64,000 nucleotides of DNA from Terriglobia bacterium. Lineage in GTDB: Bacteria; Acidobacteriota; Terriglobia; JAJPHL01; JAPKYU01. Within the stretch, counting starts at the first letter, position 1. Every line of letters begins with the position of its first letter. The stretch is taken from NCBI GenBank assembly GCA_965206645.1, contig CBDBKE010000002.1, positions 768,001 to 832,000 of the forward strand. Direction: 5' to 3'. Made by a program: the position numbers and the translations under genes. Below are positions 61,635 to 64,000 of the stretch, piece after piece. The notes below the pieces were generated by a model. That model searched no databases. It worked only from the letters and a program-made list of their open reading frames with translations, and was not told the DNA's origin.

Positions 61635-63293
61635 CCCGGATTTCCTTTATGAACTATCGGCGGCAACCTTCTGAATGACTCCAACGTCAGTATTGATGCG
61701 GGTTCCAGCATCAACATTGCCTTCCGGAGGTGTACACCGAATGGGTGAGAGCCAAAAACAGGCGTTTCAACTGTCATTCAACCGGTTTCTGCGGGTCACA
61801 TTTCAGGGATCGCGAATCACTTCCGACGGCGGTCTGATTGTGGTGCGCGAGTTGGACGAACGTTTGGGGTTCGGCGAACTTATCGAACAGCACTTGATCG
61901 ACTCTCGGGGGAAGAACACCCGGTTGCCCCTCGCTGACTTGCTGCGGCAGTCCATCTACAGCCGCTTGGCAGGATACGAAGACGTCAACGACGCCGAGCG
62001 GCTTTCCCAAGATCCGACGTTCCGGCTGATCGGTTCGGAGAAGATCTGGGAACGTGGCGCAGCCCTGACTTCCCGGTTACAGTCGTTCGAGACAGAACTG
62101 CTGACGCAAGACGAGAACCTTGCTGGTTTGGCAGCGATCAACCGGGATTTGATCGCCAGGGCGGAAGCTATGGATGCGCCGCGCCGGGTGGTGCTGGACA
62201 TGGACAGCACCGAGATCCCGGTCTACGGCGAACAGGAGCAGAGCGCCTACAACGGGCATTTCGAGTCGAGTTGCTATCACCCGTTGTTGCTGTTCAGTCG
62301 CGAGGGTGACTGTCTGGCGGCCAAGCTGCGACCCGGCAACGTGCACAGCGCCGAGGATTGGGAAGAACTTCTCCTGCCAGAGATCGAACGGCAGCAGAAG
62401 CTGGGCAAGGAAGTGGTGTTTCGCGCCGACGCCGCCTTCGCCAAGCCGGAGATCTACGACGCACTGGAGGAGCGGGACGTGAAGTATGCGATTCGCATCC
62501 CGGCCAACGACAGTCTGGAGAGGGACATCGCGGAGTTGTTGACGCGGTCAGTGGGGCGACCGAGCCACAAGCCGGTGGTCTGGTACAAGAGCTTTCTCTA
62601 CCAGGCAGCCAGTTGGAAAAAGGCGCGGCGGGTGGTGGCGAAGGTGGAGTTCCACTTTGGCGAACTGTTCCCTCGCGTGGAGTTCATCGTCACCAATCTG
62701 GAGACCGACAGCCGGGCGGTGGTCCGGTTCTACAACAAGCGGGGCACCGCAGAGCAATGGATCAAGGAAGGCAAGCAGGCGGTAAAGATGACCCGGCTGA
62801 GTTGCCATCGGTTTCGGTCGAACGAGGTGCGCCTATGGCTGAGCCTGATCGCCTACAACTTGGGAAACCTGTGGCGGCGGCTGGTGCTACCGAAGAGGAT
62901 CAACAACTGGTCGCTGACGAGTTTGCAGCAGCGGCTGGTGAAAACGGGAGGACGGCTGGTGAAACATGCGCGATATTACTGGCTTTTGCTGGCCGAAGGG
63001 CACTTGAGCCGGAGGCTGTTCAGCAGCATGCTGCGAACGATCTCGGCACTGCCGCTGCCAGACGGCTAGCGACCCAGGAGAGAGGGTAATTTTAGGTGCT
63101 CAGAAGTGGTCGGGCCGGACAAGTGTCAGCGGCGAGGCAGGCTGGGCAGGCGAAACCCGCACAGCGACTCCGAAGAACAGCCAAAATGTGCCGCACTACC
63201 ACCTCAAAGAGGCCCGGGCGATTTGCGATTGACACGACAGGGTAAGAGGCATAGGTTTTCGGGTGAAGGGGAAGCTCAAAATGGAAATTCCGG
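61635..63293 (+). mobile_element. IS1380 family insertion sequence
   Basis: Ends CCCGGATTTCC (61635) and GGAAATTCCGG (63293) flank an intact transposase. Confidence 0.85.
61741..63069 (+). CDS. IS1380 family transposase
   Basis: ITSDGGL, AGYEDVNDA, LDMDST, FRADAAF, YNKRGTAEQWIKEGK. GGAGG RBS. Confidence 0.95.
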   Translation: MGESQKQAFQLSFNRFLRVTFQGSRITSDGGLIVVRELDERLGFGELIEQHLIDSRGKNTRLPLADLLRQSIYSRLAGYEDVNDAERLSQDPTFRLIGSEKIWERGAALTSRLQSFETELLTQDENLAGLAAINRDLIARAEAMDAPRRVVLDMDSTEIPVYGEQEQSAYNGHFESSCYHPLLLFSREGDCLAAKLRPGNVHSAEDWEELLLPEIERQQKLGKEVVFRADAAFAKPEIYDALEERDVKYAIRIPANDSLERDIAELLTRSVGRPSHKPVVWYKSFLYQAASWKKARRVVAKVEFHFGELFPRVEFIVTNLETDSRAVVRFYNKRGTAEQWIKEGKQAVKMTRLSCHRFRSNEVRLWLSLIAYNLGNLWRRLVLPKRINNWSLTSLQQRLVKTGGRLVKHARYYWLLLAEGHLSRRLFSSMLRTISALPLPDG

Positions 63294-64000
63294 CTCATTC
63301 ATCGTAGCGGGAATCGCCGCCACCCCAGGCTGAGAAGTACGGGCCATGTCCCACGTGCTGGGGCAAGTACAAGGGCACGAAGTTGCGGAGCATGGTTGAG
63401 GAGGCGGCCTGACCCGCCTGGATAGGTGGGAAACTACCCGGAAGAGGGGATAAGGGGACTCTTACCGTGCATCGGACGCGTTGCAGAGAACCAAGATGGA
63501 GAGAACCATGATGAACAAAGCCCGAAACATGCGCCCTCCCACATGATCACCTGGGGCCGCACGATTATCGGCAGTCACGAAAAGCTGCAGGTGGCGTTCG
63601 AGAACCTGTTGGCAGCGGAAGCCAAGTGACGGCCGAGAAATGCTGACGGGCCTTAAGCACGCCTCGTGCAAGGCCTGGCCCAGAATCGGGATGTTAAACT
63701 CTCCACTTGTCCCGCTAGAGGGGCCGGTAATGCAAGTCTCTGAAAGAGCATGAGTTGCACCGGACTCGGCAGAACTGTCTCTCCCGCAGAGCTTTCAGTC
63801 CAAGCCGAGCAGGTATTTCTATCTTGCTGCTGGTAGAGTTTTCTCGTGGAAGTGCCAGATGATGAGAATGAAGATTCCCATTTGACCTGACCGGCCCTTT
63901 TTGTAGTTAAAGGTGGGTTGACCCTTCCCGCGTCACGGCTGCGTTTGTTAGAGGACTGAATCATAACGAGAGACCAAAATGAAACTCCGCATAGGGAACG

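Noticed and set aside
63294-64000. Short ORFs and a CTAAC attC-like start at the window end
   Set aside because: No recognisable motifs or paired attC arms; cannot be supported without flanking sequence.
1-64000. CRISPR arrays, tRNA and rRNA genes
   Set aside because: No regularly spaced repeats or cloverleaf/rRNA signatures found by eye; a covariance search would be needed to exclude them fully.

Overview
GC-rich bacterial chromosome segment. Gene style and content resemble Acidobacteriota, but this is an inference and not tested. It has three zones. (1) 1-27.6 kb, mostly intact core genes: fis-like regulator, cvpA, purC, smc, nfeD/SPFH, lipA, lnt, prfB with its programmed frameshift, ftcD, a divergent hutU, and the rimP-nusA-infB-DUF503-rbfA operon. 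(2) 27.7-44.7 kb, metabolic genes: rhaT-like transporter, TerB-like protein, egtB-egtD, cyclophilin, NhaP, HugZ-like protein, gluconolactonase, PQQ-like propeller, ThDP enzyme, amidase, and a GriC/GriD-like carboxylate reductase pair. (3) 44.7-64 kb, a decaying mobile region of nested IS5, IS21, IS3 and IS1380 elements with a group II intron scrap, a MITE, an inactivated Type III R-M system and an integron relic. Signals not visible in the ORF track: an OsmC-like selenoprotein (in-frame TGA plus SECIS-like hairpin, 4380-4856); a transposase-less 1.4-kb cassette with 24-bp terminal inverted repeats and an 8-bp target duplication carrying a methyltransferase-like gene (9120-10525); tandem NrdR-like boxes at the smc promoter; and a urocanase homologue with substitutions at normally invariant residues. 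No tRNA, rRNA or CRISPR array was seen.
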